A stretch of 64,000 nt of DNA from Tepidisphaera sp. (GTDB taxonomy: Bacteria > Planctomycetota > Phycisphaerae > Phycisphaerales > UBA1924), in assembly GCA_050916045.1 (NCBI GenBank), contig CP051526.1, positions 2,688,001 to 2,752,000 on the forward strand, read 5' to 3'. Shown one piece after another: positions 26,876 through 36,612 of the stretch. The translations under genes were made by a program, and so were the position numbers. Position 1 is the stretch's first letter; the number at the start of each line of letters is the position of its first letter. The notes beneath the pieces are model-generated. The model searched no databases, was not told the DNA's origin, and worked only from the letters and a program-made list of their open reading frames with translations.

Positions 26876-29568
26876 CGTTCGCGAGGTTCATCCTGATCGC
26901 CGCGCTCTCGGGGTCCGCGTGCGGCTTCGAACCAGAGCCGCTCTCCGGCCCGGCCGCGGATGACCGCACGATCGCGTTCCTCGCGGACCACGGCTTGGAT
27001 GATGTGCTCGCCGCGATGCACCGCCGCAAGCTCGCCGAAGGAACCGTCGAGGAGAAGCGTGACGCCGCGGAAGCGCTGGGCAAGATCTACGCCAAGCAGC
27101 TCGCCGGCGAGAACGACCCGGAGAAACGCAAAGCACTCGAGACACGCTGCAAAGAACTCCTCCACCTCATGCCCGATGTCGACGGGTTTGAGCTCCGCGT
27201 TTCGCTCGCGAAAACCACCTACCTCAAAGCTGAAGAGATCGCCGAGCGCGACCGCCTCCGACTCGCCACCGACGAAGAGAAAGCCGAAGCCCTGCGGATC
27301 TTCGAGCAGGTCGGCCCCGCGTTCAAGGACGTCGCCAGCCGAGTCCACCGCAAACACGAAGCCGTCGACCGTCAGGCCGATCAGGCTCCCGAGGACAAAG
27401 CCGAAGCTCTGCGCGAACAGCTCGCCGACCTCCGGCGTCTCCGATCCCTCTCCCGGTACTACGCGGGCTGGACCGATCTGTACATCGCGTCGATGACCGG
27501 ACGCTCCCAGTCCGCGCAGTCGGCCCTCGAGAATTTCGGCTGGCTCCTCAACGCCCAGGAGAACAGAGCGCCGAACCTGGAGCGGCTCCCGACGTCCATG
27601 CTCCGGTACGAACACGTCGCGCGAGCGGCGATGGGCGCGGCGATGGCTCTGGCGGCCAAGGGCTCGCCGGAAGAGGCCGTCCGCTGGCTCGACGCGATTC
27701 AGTACGCCGATGGCGTGCCGCCCGCCGTCCTCGAACAGGTCGGTATCCGCAAGCTCGGCATCATGGCCGCCAGCGGGCAGTGGGTGCAGGTCGAAGCTCT
27801 GCTTCGCGCGATGCAAGCCAAGAGCGCCGACCAGCGCAACTTCCTCGCTCCCGCTTCGGCCCGGCTGATCGTCGTGCAGGCGATGGAGTATCTGGCGACG
27901 CATCAAGGCACGGACTTCGCGACACGGTCGGCGCGCGCCGCGGCTTCGATCGGCATGGCCGAGCTGGTCGCACGCGGCGACCTCGCGCAGGTCCTGGACC
28001 TCGCCAAGCGATTCGGCGTCTCGATCCTCGGCGACTCGGGGTTCATCCCCGCGTATGTCAGGGCCGTCCAGGGCTATGAGCAGGTCCGCGATCAGCACAA
28101 AGCCGCCGGAGGCTCCGACGAACCGGCTCAGGACGCTGCCGTCCTTCGCGGCTACCTCCAAAGCGCCGAAGCGTTCGCCAAGGCTTCCGCCGAGTCGGAC
28201 GCGACCACCTTTGGCCCCGCCCGGGCCCGCGCTGTGCTTCTCGAAGGGCTTTGCCGGTTCTACGCGTCGGAATTCAGCGTCGCGGCGGACAGATTCGAAG
28301 CGGTCTCCAAAGCGGATGCTCCCGACGACCTGCGGCGCGATGCGCTCTGGTACGCCGTGCTCTCGCTCGAACGCGCGGTCGACAAGGGCAAGAAGGACCT
28401 GACCGAGCGTCGCGACAACGCTTCGATCCTCTACATCACGACCTACCCGTCGTCGGAGAACGCTTCCCGCTTGCTCATCCGGCGTTCGGGCACGGGCCTG
28501 ATCACCGAAGAGCGTGCCGTCGACATCTTGCTCTCGGTGCCGGAGAAGTCGCCGACGCACGGCCTGGCCAAACGCCAAGCGGCCAAGCTTCTGTACCAGG
28601 TCTATCGACGTGCCACAGGCCGGGCCCGCGACGCGGCCGCATTGCGATTCGCAAGCGTCGCCGAGCAGGTGCTCGCGGCCGAAGCCGCTCGCTCCCTCGA
28701 AGACGTCAGCACGCCCGCCGCTAAGGACGCCGCCGCCACCGCCGTCCTCTACGCCCGCCAGATCGCCGACGCGATGCTCTCGATGACCGCGCCCGACGCG
28801 ACGCGCGCGGAGAACGCCCTGGCCACGCTCGAGAAGGTCGCTCTGCTTCACACGATCGACCTCAAGCCGTTCGAAGGGGAGCTCGGGTACCGCAAGCTTC
28901 AGACCGCGCTCGCACGCGGAGACGACGCCGGAGCGGCACAGTGGATCGAGAAGCTCGGCGGCGAGTCCGGCGAGTATCCCAAAGCCGCCCGCCGCCTGAT
29001 GTATCGCCGAAGCCTCGAAAGCTGGCGCGCGTCCGGCCGCTCCGCCACCGCCCGACAGGTCGTCGAGCACGGACAGCGCGTCATCGAGCTGATGGAACGT
29101 GACGGCACCAAGCTGCCCGACGCCACGCTCGCCGGGGTCTACGACGTGGTCGCCGAAGCCGCTGCTTCCGTCTCCGAATCGGAGAAGGACACGGCGATGC
29201 GGAGCCTGGCCCTCACGATGGACAAGACGCTCTTTGCCGCCAAAGTGCGCACGGAACCGTCGCTCCGCCGCTACGCACGCACCAGCGAAGCCGCCGGCGA
29301 CACGCTCACCGCCCTCGCGACGTGGCGAGAGCTCTCGTCCGCACTGGACCCCGGGTCCGTCTCGTGGTGCGAAGCCCGATACGAAGCCCTCCGTCTGACG
29401 TCCGCAACCGACGAAGCGGGCGCCCGCGAAGCCCTCAAGCAGCACCAGGCCCTCTACCCGTCGTGGGGCCCCGAGCCTTGGGGCAGCAAACTGGCCGAAC
29501 TTGCGAGCACGCTCGGCGTCGATGCCAAGCCCGAGGCTCCCGCCGCCCCGGCCGGAGGTGCGCGATGA
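26872..29568 (+). CDS. Large exported TPR/helical-repeat protein
   Basis: GTGA overlap; signal/lipobox-like LSGSAC; extended alpha-helical repeats. Confidence 0.75.
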   Translation: MTFARFILIAALSGSACGFEPEPLSGPAADDRTIAFLADHGLDDVLAAMHRRKLAEGTVEEKRDAAEALGKIYAKQLAGENDPEKRKALETRCKELLHLMPDVDGFELRVSLAKTTYLKAEEIAERDRLRLATDEEKAEALRIFEQVGPAFKDVASRVHRKHEAVDRQADQAPEDKAEALREQLADLRRLRSLSRYYAGWTDLYIASMTGRSQSAQSALENFGWLLNAQENRAPNLERLPTSMLRYEHVARAAMGAAMALAAKGSPEEAVRWLDAIQYADGVPPAVLEQVGIRKLGIMAASGQWVQVEALLRAMQAKSADQRNFLAPASARLIVVQAMEYLATHQGTDFATRSARAAASIGMAELVARGDLAQVLDLAKRFGVSILGDSGFIPAYVRAVQGYEQVRDQHKAAGGSDEPAQDAAVLRGYLQSAEAFAKASAESDATTFGPARARAVLLEGLCRFYASEFSVAADRFEAVSKADAPDDLRRDALWYAVLSLERAVDKGKKDLTERRDNASILYITTYPSSENASRLLIRRSGTGLITEERAVDILLSVPEKSPTHGLAKRQAAKLLYQVYRRATGRARDAAALRFASVAEQVLAAEAARSLEDVSTPAAKDAAATAVLYARQIADAMLSMTAPDATRAENALATLEKVALLHTIDLKPFEGELGYRKLQTALARGDDAGAAQWIEKLGGESGEYPKAARRLMYRRSLESWRASGRSATARQVVEHGQRVIELMERDGTKLPDATLAGVYDVVAEAAASVSESEKDTAMRSLALTMDKTLFAAKVRTEPSLRRYARTSEAAGDTLTALATWRELSSALDPGSVSWCEARYEALRLTSATDEAGAREALKQHQALYPSWGPEPWGSKLAELASTLGVDAKPEAPAAPAGGAR

Positions 29569-32408
29569 CCGTCCGCGAGGAGTCTCGCTCGGTTCAGCGG
29601 TTCCTGGGCGCGGACCGCGCATCGGGAAGCCCGTTTGACCTGCTGGGCGTGCCTCCGGATGACGTCACGCCGCAGGGGGTGATCGCGGCTTTGGAATCGC
29701 GGCTTGCCGAGGTCGATGGACACCCGGAATGTCGCACGCCGGCGGCGGATGAGGTGCGGCTTGCGCTTCACGCGACGGCGGCGCAGCTGCTGGACCCGGT
29801 CGTGCGCGCGACACTGGCCGAGACGTGGGCGCACGCATCGGTCGGTGCGTGGAAGTCGCAGCCGGCGCTGCCCCCTTCGATGCGAGCTGCGACGCCGGGG
29901 CGGATCGCTCTCGAAGGCGACGCGGTGCTTGCGATAGCGATGGAGGGCGGCTGGAACGCCCGGAGCCTGCAGCGGCTGATGATGTTCGCGCACGCCCGAG
30001 GGATGGACGCGGCGGATGTGGCGGCGGCGGTGCGCCACTTGTCGCGGCCATCGTCTGTTTCCATATCGCACGCGCCGGCGGCGGCTCGCCCGGCGGCCCA
30101 GACCCCGCGCGGCCCCGGATTCGCGCGGACCGCGGGGCCCGTCGCAGGTGACCCACCCCCACCACTCTCGCGGCCGAGAGCCTTCGAGCTCACGCCGGAA
30201 GAGATCCGGCAGCAGTCGGCGGCCCGGCTCAAGATCGCGGCCGGGGTGATCGGATGTGGCACGTTCCTCGTCTTCGCGGCGGCGCTCGGCGTGCTCGCCG
30301 CCCTCAAGACGCAGCCGGACGAGCCCGGAAGCACGCAGCCCCCGATCGCCGACGCACAGCCGTCGCCGAACGAGAACCCGGGTGCCGCCAAGCCCGCTGA
30401 GCCCAAGCGTCCGAGCGACGTCTCAAAAGATTTGACGGCGGCGGACGCGGTCGCGAGGCAGCTTGCGGCGGCCGCGGACCGTCTGCGCGAGGACATCAAC
30501 GACGCCGGGACGCAGTTCGAATCAGCGGTGCGGCACGCTTCGACCAGTTGGCCGAGATGGAAGACGGACGAACTCGCGCTGGTGCAGGACGCGGTGATCG
30601 AGTACCTCTACCGCGCGCAGCAGGAGACGGTGGCGCTCCGTCAAGCGGCTCGCGTGCTGACGGCGCCCGTCGGTGCCGTGACGGCGGGAGCGGTTGCGCC
30701 CGAGGCGGTCGTGCCGTCGCTCTGGTCTGCGGGAATGCTCTCGCGGGTGCTTCGTGAACGGGACCTTCCCGCGGCCGTGGGCGGGCCGGCTCGCCTGTCG
30801 CTTGCTTCCATTCTCGGTTCCGGTGCGGATCTGGGCGATGGGACCTTCGGAGCGGGCGTGTCGCGTGCGGTTTCGGCGCTGGCGCCCAAGCTCGCCGCGG
30901 ATCCGAATCCGGAGACGTGGCGGCAGTGGCTTCTGGGCGTGGATCTCTCTTCGACGGACGCCGCGTCGCGCGGACGTCTCATCGCCGCATCGATCGACGC
31001 GATACTCCTCATCCATCCGGACCCGCTCAAGTCGGCGAAGGTGATGGACTCGATCTCGACCCTGACGACGGCGCTCACCTGGCGTGCGGACGAACAGACG
31101 CGGCCGTGGGTCTTCCGGTGGTTCGATGCTTCGGACGTCTCGACTCCGGCTCTGCATGCGTTCACCGCGTCGCTCGCGGCCAAGAGCGGCGCCGAGGGGA
31201 TCGACCCCAGCATGGTGCTTTCCGCCGTCGCGAGCGCAGGCGAACGTTCCGACCTTCGCGGCCGGTACGCCGCGGCGTGGAGCGACTCGCCGGGCGGCGC
31301 GAGATCCGAAGCCGTGACCGCGTGGCTCAAAGCGGTCGGCGAGGTCACTTCGGAAGTCAAAACGCCGTCCGATGCCACGGGGGACCTGCGTCCGCACGTC
31401 GCGGCGCTCGTCCGTGCCGTCACGATGTCGCGGCTTTCAGAAGCCGCGGCGTGGCTTGCCGTGGGCGACACATCCAAAGCCGGCGCGGTCATCGCGGACC
31501 CGTCCGGCCCCGCGCGTGCCGGAGCTTCGGCGGCGCGGGTCACAACCGATCCGCTCGGGGGCGACAACGACGGAGCCTGGGCCGTTCGGTACCTCTCGCT
31601 GGGCTCCGACGGGCCCAAGCGCCTGGAGATGCTCAAGCAGGCCCTCTCGGCGGACGCATTGACGGCGCTGGAGTGCGAGGTGGTCGCGGCCGAGGGCGTG
31701 CGCGGCTTGCCCGCCACGGTCCGGCGCGAAGCAAGGACGGTCGTCCTGCGGCACAAGGCGCTCCCGGCGATGGTGAACGCGCTGCTCGGGCTCGCCCCGC
31801 TGCTCCCGCCCACTCCGGAGAGCTCATCGCTGATCGAGGAAGTGACCGGAGCGAAGCTGCCGCCGCTCCGTGATGCACGCTGGCGCGAAGCGGTCCGCCG
31901 CTCGCTCGTCGAGCGGCTGCTTGAACTCGCGGCCGGAAGGGGCGAGTACGGCGTGGTGGACACGCTCGCGATGCTGCTCGGCACCTCGTACCGCGAGCGG
32001 CTCGGGGCTTTCGGCGGCGCGGAGGGGCTCCCCTCGGAGTTCGACGGCACCACGCTGCTCCGCCTCGCGCAGACATACCACGAACGCTGGGACAAGGAAG
32101 CCGAGCGCACGCCGCCGACGGGCAAGGAACCCGCAACGCTTGGGCAGATCCGCCAGCGGGCCGCGGGCCGGATGGGCGTGGCTTCCAACGTCGTGCAGCG
32201 CTTTGTCGCGGAACAGTCGGCGACGGTGGAACTGATGGCGTACGTCGTCGCCGCGCAGGACGCTTCGCGAGCCGAAGCCGTCTCGGCGATCATCACGCGA
32301 TGGGAAGCTTCCCGTCGCACGGCCAAGCACATCTTCGAACAGATCCTTGCGGCAGAGGAAGCGATGGTCGGACTCTGGAAGCTGCGCACGCAAGGGGGTG
32401 AAGCATGA
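29565..32408 (+). CDS. Bitopic membrane protein: N-terminal J-domain-like region, TM helix, large helical domain
   Basis: PFDLLGV..GHPE..AAQLLDPVVRA resembles a degenerate J domain; TM segment IAAGVIGCGTFLVFAAALGVLAAL. Confidence 0.7.
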   Translation: MTVREESRSVQRFLGADRASGSPFDLLGVPPDDVTPQGVIAALESRLAEVDGHPECRTPAADEVRLALHATAAQLLDPVVRATLAETWAHASVGAWKSQPALPPSMRAATPGRIALEGDAVLAIAMEGGWNARSLQRLMMFAHARGMDAADVAAAVRHLSRPSSVSISHAPAAARPAAQTPRGPGFARTAGPVAGDPPPPLSRPRAFELTPEEIRQQSAARLKIAAGVIGCGTFLVFAAALGVLAALKTQPDEPGSTQPPIADAQPSPNENPGAAKPAEPKRPSDVSKDLTAADAVARQLAAAADRLREDINDAGTQFESAVRHASTSWPRWKTDELALVQDAVIEYLYRAQQETVALRQAARVLTAPVGAVTAGAVAPEAVVPSLWSAGMLSRVLRERDLPAAVGGPARLSLASILGSGADLGDGTFGAGVSRAVSALAPKLAADPNPETWRQWLLGVDLSSTDAASRGRLIAASIDAILLIHPDPLKSAKVMDSISTLTTALTWRADEQTRPWVFRWFDASDVSTPALHAFTASLAAKSGAEGIDPSMVLSAVASAGERSDLRGRYAAAWSDSPGGARSEAVTAWLKAVGEVTSEVKTPSDATGDLRPHVAALVRAVTMSRLSEAAAWLAVGDTSKAGAVIADPSGPARAGASAARVTTDPLGGDNDGAWAVRYLSLGSDGPKRLEMLKQALSADALTALECEVVAAEGVRGLPATVRREARTVVLRHKALPAMVNALLGLAPLLPPTPESSSLIEEVTGAKLPPLRDARWREAVRRSLVERLLELAAGRGEYGVVDTLAMLLGTSYRERLGAFGGAEGLPSEFDGTTLLRLAQTYHERWDKEAERTPPTGKEPATLGQIRQRAAGRMGVASNVVQRFVAEQSATVELMAYVVAAQDASRAEAVSAIITRWEASRRTAKHIFEQILAAEEAMVGLWKLRTQGGEA

Positions 32409-33400
32409 TGACGCAGACCGTTCTGGCGATCTCCGCGGGCTTGGCCTTGCTCGCGTGGCAGCCGCAGACGCCGCCACCTGCACAGCCCGCAGGTTCTCAG
32501 CCGGCGGCCCCGGTCGCGACTCCTCCCGCCGCCCCGGCTGCAGTTCCGACGCCCGCGGCGCAGCCCGAGCCGGTGGTTGCGCCGCCGCAAGCTCATCCGC
32601 TCGATCGGTTCCGCTCCAAGCTTGAGCGTCTGACCCCGGCGGACCCCGAGTCGTACTACAACCTTGCCGAAGAGGTCGCGGACGCGGCCGATTCGCCCGA
32701 GCGCGTACGGCTTGCACAGGAGCTTTTCACCCTCGCGTTCGTGCTTGATGACGCCCGGTCGGGAGGAAAGCGCGGTGACTTCGCCGCTTCGTGCTGCGTG
32801 GCGCTCTCGTCGATCGCCCGGTCCGAAGCGGACCGTCGCTGGCTCGCGGCGCTGGCTGTGGCGATCGACCCGCGTCGGCAGCCGCCGGGGTGGCTCGCGG
32901 TCCAGCGAGAAGCGGCGTCGGCCCAGACCGCGTTCCAAGCGGCCTCGGCGTTGGGCTTTGCCCGAACCGGCGACGGCCGTCAGACGCTTCTCGCGCTCGA
33001 CGTTCCGGCGGTGCGGGCGCTGCTTGGCGCGTACGACCGGCTGATCATGGACAGCCCGTACCGCGGAACCCTCGCGGCCATCGAGGGCGAAGCCAGCCGC
33101 TGGCCGTGCAAGGAGTGCGGAAACCAGCGGATCGTGCGAAAGTCGAGCCGGGCGAACGACTACAAGCTTTGCAGCACCTGTAACGGCAGGCCCGGGATGA
33201 AGCTCACACCCGAACAGTGGCTGGCGCAGATTCGCCTTGAGTCGCTGCTCCTCTCGGGGATCCACCGGTCGTGGGGCGCGCAGGTCGCTTCGGACCTCGG
33301 CGAACCCCTGCGGGATCCCGACGCTCGCGAGCTCCCGGGCGTGCTCGGGGTGGATGCCGCACGGACGGTCTGGCGGAACGGGGCCTGGGCCCGACCCTGA
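32405..33400 (+). CDS. Exported protein with Pro/Ala linker and CxxC..CxxC zinc finger
   Basis: Signal peptide; CKECG..CSTCNG; ATGA overlap. Confidence 0.7.
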   Translation: MMTQTVLAISAGLALLAWQPQTPPPAQPAGSQPAAPVATPPAAPAAVPTPAAQPEPVVAPPQAHPLDRFRSKLERLTPADPESYYNLAEEVADAADSPERVRLAQELFTLAFVLDDARSGGKRGDFAASCCVALSSIARSEADRRWLAALAVAIDPRRQPPGWLAVQREAASAQTAFQAASALGFARTGDGRQTLLALDVPAVRALLGAYDRLIMDSPYRGTLAAIEGEASRWPCKECGNQRIVRKSSRANDYKLCSTCNGRPGMKLTPEQWLAQIRLESLLLSGIHRSWGAQVASDLGEPLRDPDARELPGVLGVDAARTVWRNGAWARP

Positions 33401-33429
33401 CGCCTGTCCGGGTTCTACCATTGGGCCCT

Positions 33430-33870
33430 ATGAGCCAGACCCCCAACCCGCCCGCTTCGACCCCCCCCTCCCCCGCCGCGCCGGCTCCCGCTCCCGCGGC
33501 CGCCCCGGGCGGGTTCAAGCCGACCATCACGATCGAGGACTTCATGAAGCTGGACCTTCGCGTGGCGAAGGTGCTTCAGGCCGAACCCCACCCCTCCGCC
33601 GACAAGCTGCTGAAGCTTCAGCTTGACGATGGGAGCGGGACGCCGCGGCAGATCTGCGCGGGGATCAAGGAATACGTGAAGCCGGAGGACCTGGTGGGCC
33701 GGTCGATCGTGATCGTGGCCAACCTGGCGCCGCGGGTGCTCCGCGGGGAGGAATCCCGCGGGATGCTCCTGGCGGGCAGTTCCGGGCCCAAGGACGGTCC
33801 GGCGGGGTCGCGTTTGCTGGCGATCCTGACTCCGGCGGGGGACCTTCCCCCCGGTTCGATCGTCTCGTAA
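33430..33870 (+). CDS. Stand-alone tRNA-binding OB-fold protein (MetRS C-terminal/Trbp111/CsaA-like)
   Basis: ITIEDFMKLDLRV, HPSADKLL, VANLAPR..RGEESRGMLLA. Confidence 0.88.
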   Translation: MSQTPNPPASTPPSPAAPAPAPAAAPGGFKPTITIEDFMKLDLRVAKVLQAEPHPSADKLLKLQLDDGSGTPRQICAGIKEYVKPEDLVGRSIVIVANLAPRVLRGEESRGMLLAGSSGPKDGPAGSRLLAILTPAGDLPPGSIVS

Positions 33871-34117
33871 CACACGGACGGATCGTGACCTGCGAATCCA
33901 GACGCTCCGGGGCCGCGAAAGGCAGGGAGTGGTGTAATGGTCATTCGCAGGAGCGTTCTGGATGTTTCGGTTGGCGAGTAGTACTCCATCTGCCCTGACG
34001 GGGTGCACATTCGGGACGCGTGAATGTCGCGAACGCCCGATTGCTCGCTATGATCGAGGGCACGGTTTGCGACGCGAGGAAGCGGCGGCCGGGGGCAGTC
34101 GAGTTCGGAGAGGTTCA

Positions 34118-34699
34118 TTGGATCGTCCGACGTTACTTGCCCGAATCGCTTCGGGCGATCAGTCTGCGACGCGAGAGTGCATGGACCGCTACGGCGGCCT
34201 TGTCTGGTCTCTCGCGCGGCGCCTGCTCGGCACGCACAGCGAAGCCGAAGACGCCCTGCACGAGGTGTTCATCGAGGTGTGGAAGAACGCTTGGAAGTAC
34301 GATGCATCGGTGGCGTCCGAAACGGCGTTCATCACGATGCTTGCCCGTCGGCGGATCATCGACCGTCGACGCCGGCTGGACCGGCGGCACGACCGGGAGC
34401 AGTTGCCGGAGACCGCGCCCGCCAGCGGTTCCGAGCCCTCCCGCAATCTCGGGACGTCTGAAGACGCCAAAGCCGCTGCCGTGGCGCTCGAGGAACTCAG
34501 CGACGAACAGAAGCGGTGCTTGCGGCTTTCGGTTTATGAAGGCCTGACACACGATCGCATCGCGGCGAGCACGGGGCTCCCGCTTGGAACGGTCAAGACG
34601 CACGTCCGACGCGGCCTGATGAAGATCAGGGCACTGCTCGGCGGCGAGGAAGGCCGCGAGACCGCGGCTGGCGCGGTCGCGCGGGAGGTGCGGCGATGA
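34118..34699 (+). CDS. ECF RNA polymerase sigma factor (SigK-like)
   Basis: AEDALHEVF..W, ARRRIID, PLGTVKTHVRRG; TTG start after GGAGAGG. Confidence 0.9.
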   Translation: MDRPTLLARIASGDQSATRECMDRYGGLVWSLARRLLGTHSEAEDALHEVFIEVWKNAWKYDASVASETAFITMLARRRIIDRRRRLDRRHDREQLPETAPASGSEPSRNLGTSEDAKAAAVALEELSDEQKRCLRLSVYEGLTHDRIAASTGLPLGTVKTHVRRGLMKIRALLGGEEGRETAAGAVAREVRR

Positions 34700-35502
34700 G
34701 CAGCATTTCACGCCAACCCCGTCCCCTGTCGCCCCGCGAGGAAGAACTCCTTGCCGATCTTTCCGTCCAGGGCTTGGACGCGGCAGAGACGACGGAACTG
34801 AACAATCTGGGCGCGACGGAAAGCGACATCGAGTCGTTCGAACTCGCGGCTGCTGCGGCGATGCTCGCTTTCGAAGCTCGCGGTGCGGCGGCTTACGAGC
34901 CGATGCCCGCGGCCCTGCGTGTCCGGATCGAGAACGACCTCAACGCCCGGTTCGGCGGGGGCTCGCTCAAGATGCCGGTCGTCACCCGGAGCGGGGGCGC
35001 TTCGTGGCTCGGCTGGGCCGTCGCGGCCATGGCGACCATCACCGCGGTCGTCGCGTGGTGGCCCACGCCCAAAGCGGCACCGGTGCCCGTCGCGATCCAG
35101 CGGCAGGCGATCGTTGAGAGCGGCGCGAAGGTCATTCCCTGGTCCGACTTCAAGCACCCCGCGACGCAGGCCGATCCTGAAATCAAGGGCGTTTCCGGCG
35201 ACGTCGCGTGGAGCGAGTCCGAGCAGCGCGGGTTCATGCGGATCGTCGGCCTCAAGGCCAACGACCCCACCGTGGAACGCTACCAGCTTTGGATCATCGA
35301 CGAACGCGGGATCGAGCAGCGCGTCAGCGGCGGACTGTTTGACGTCGCGAGCACCGGCGAGGTGGTCGTGCCGTTCAAGCCCGAGCTCAAGATCAAGGGC
35401 GCGGCGATCTTCGCGGTTACGATCGAGAAGCCCGATGGCGTGGTCGTCTCCGACATGTCCAGGCGTGCTTGCTGGGCGGTTGCTCCGGCTCCGAAGAGCT
35501 GA
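34696..35502 (+). CDS. Anti-sigma factor (RskA-like)
   Basis: TM helix, YQLWII, FAVTIEKPDG; ATGA-coupled to the sigma gene. Confidence 0.88.
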   Translation: MSSISRQPRPLSPREEELLADLSVQGLDAAETTELNNLGATESDIESFELAAAAAMLAFEARGAAAYEPMPAALRVRIENDLNARFGGGSLKMPVVTRSGGASWLGWAVAAMATITAVVAWWPTPKAAPVPVAIQRQAIVESGAKVIPWSDFKHPATQADPEIKGVSGDVAWSESEQRGFMRIVGLKANDPTVERYQLWIIDERGIEQRVSGGLFDVASTGEVVVPFKPELKIKGAAIFAVTIEKPDGVVVSDMSRRACWAVAPAPKS

Positions 35503-35523
35503 GCTTCAAGGCTCGGTCGCGGC

Positions 35524-36579
35524 TCAACTCGCGAGGAACGCATCGGCTTGTTTCTCGAACTCCGCGTGCAAGCGTGCGTTGGCGATGCCGCCGTCGAAGT
35601 GGCCGTACCGCACGATGAACCGTGTTCGCTCGTCGGTTGCCGAGCCCAGAGCGTTTCGGATCGCGGCTTGCGAGGGCGCGGGGACGAGGTCGTCGCGGAG
35701 GGCGAGCTTGACCATCGCGGGGCAGCGGACCGTCGGCGCGTGGAGCGTGGCATCGCAGTAGCGGAGCACGTCGACCGTCGCGGCGGCTCTCTCGCCGAGG
35801 CGGATGAGCAACTCGCGGATTTCGCGGCCCATTCCGGCACGGGGAAGGTCGGCTTCGGGGATCGCGACGCGCCACGCCCAATCGCCGAGGGTCGGCACGC
35901 CGAGGACGAGCTTGGCGATCGGAAGCTTTGAGGCGAGCTGGGCGGCGGCGATGACGGCGAGGCCGCCGCCGAAGCTCTCGCCGCGGAGGGCGATGGGTAC
36001 GGATGCGCCGGGGGCGGGAGAGAGGTGCGCGGCGAGCACGCGGCAGGCGTTGGCGACGTCCGCGACCGCGCCGGGAAGCACCCAGTGCAGCGCATCCTCG
36101 GGCGCGTGCATCAGCCGCTCAAGACCATGAGTGATGTAGCCCGTCGGGTGACGCTCGAGCGGGCCCACGCCGAGTTGTGACCCCGCGTAGCCACGCACGC
36201 GGACGAGTAGCACCGCGACGCCGCGACGCGACAGAGCGGAGTATCGCTCTTCATCCTTTGCGAGCGGATCCACACCGCTGTAGCCGTGCGTGACGACGAC
36301 CCCGAGCCGCGCGGGGGCCGGGTTGCCCGCGGGGTCGCGAGCGGGGATCAAGCGGCAGCCGATGCGCTCGGTGCGGCCGAGGAGCGTGCTTCGGAAGCGG
36401 TGCGTGACGCCCGGATCGGACGCGTCGGCGACCGGATGGCTTTCGAGCGTGGGCGTCTCGGCCCAGAAGTCGCGTTGCCACGCTTGCCAGAACGCTTGGA
36501 AACCCGGCGGAAGCGTCGGGTCCGCGACGTGGGCGAGCGTCGCGGCGGGGGAGAAGCCGAAATCGTGAGGGAGATTCAT
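35524..36579 (-). CDS. Acetylxylan esterase/cephalosporin-C deacetylase-like alpha/beta hydrolase
   Basis: FQAFW, THGYSG, GESFGG nucleophile motif, DDLVP, GH. Confidence 0.78.
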   Translation of the reverse strand: MNLPHDFGFSPAATLAHVADPTLPPGFQAFWQAWQRDFWAETPTLESHPVADASDPGVTHRFRSTLLGRTERIGCRLIPARDPAGNPAPARLGVVVTHGYSGVDPLAKDEERYSALSRRGVAVLLVRVRGYAGSQLGVGPLERHPTGYITHGLERLMHAPEDALHWVLPGAVADVANACRVLAAHLSPAPGASVPIALRGESFGGGLAVIAAAQLASKLPIAKLVLGVPTLGDWAWRVAIPEADLPRAGMGREIRELLIRLGERAAATVDVLRYCDATLHAPTVRCPAMVKLALRDDLVPAPSQAAIRNALGSATDERTRFIVRYGHFDGGIANARLHAEFEKQADAFLAS

Positions 36580-36612
36580 CGGCGGGGCCCGCTTGGCGTG
36601 AGACCGGGTTGC

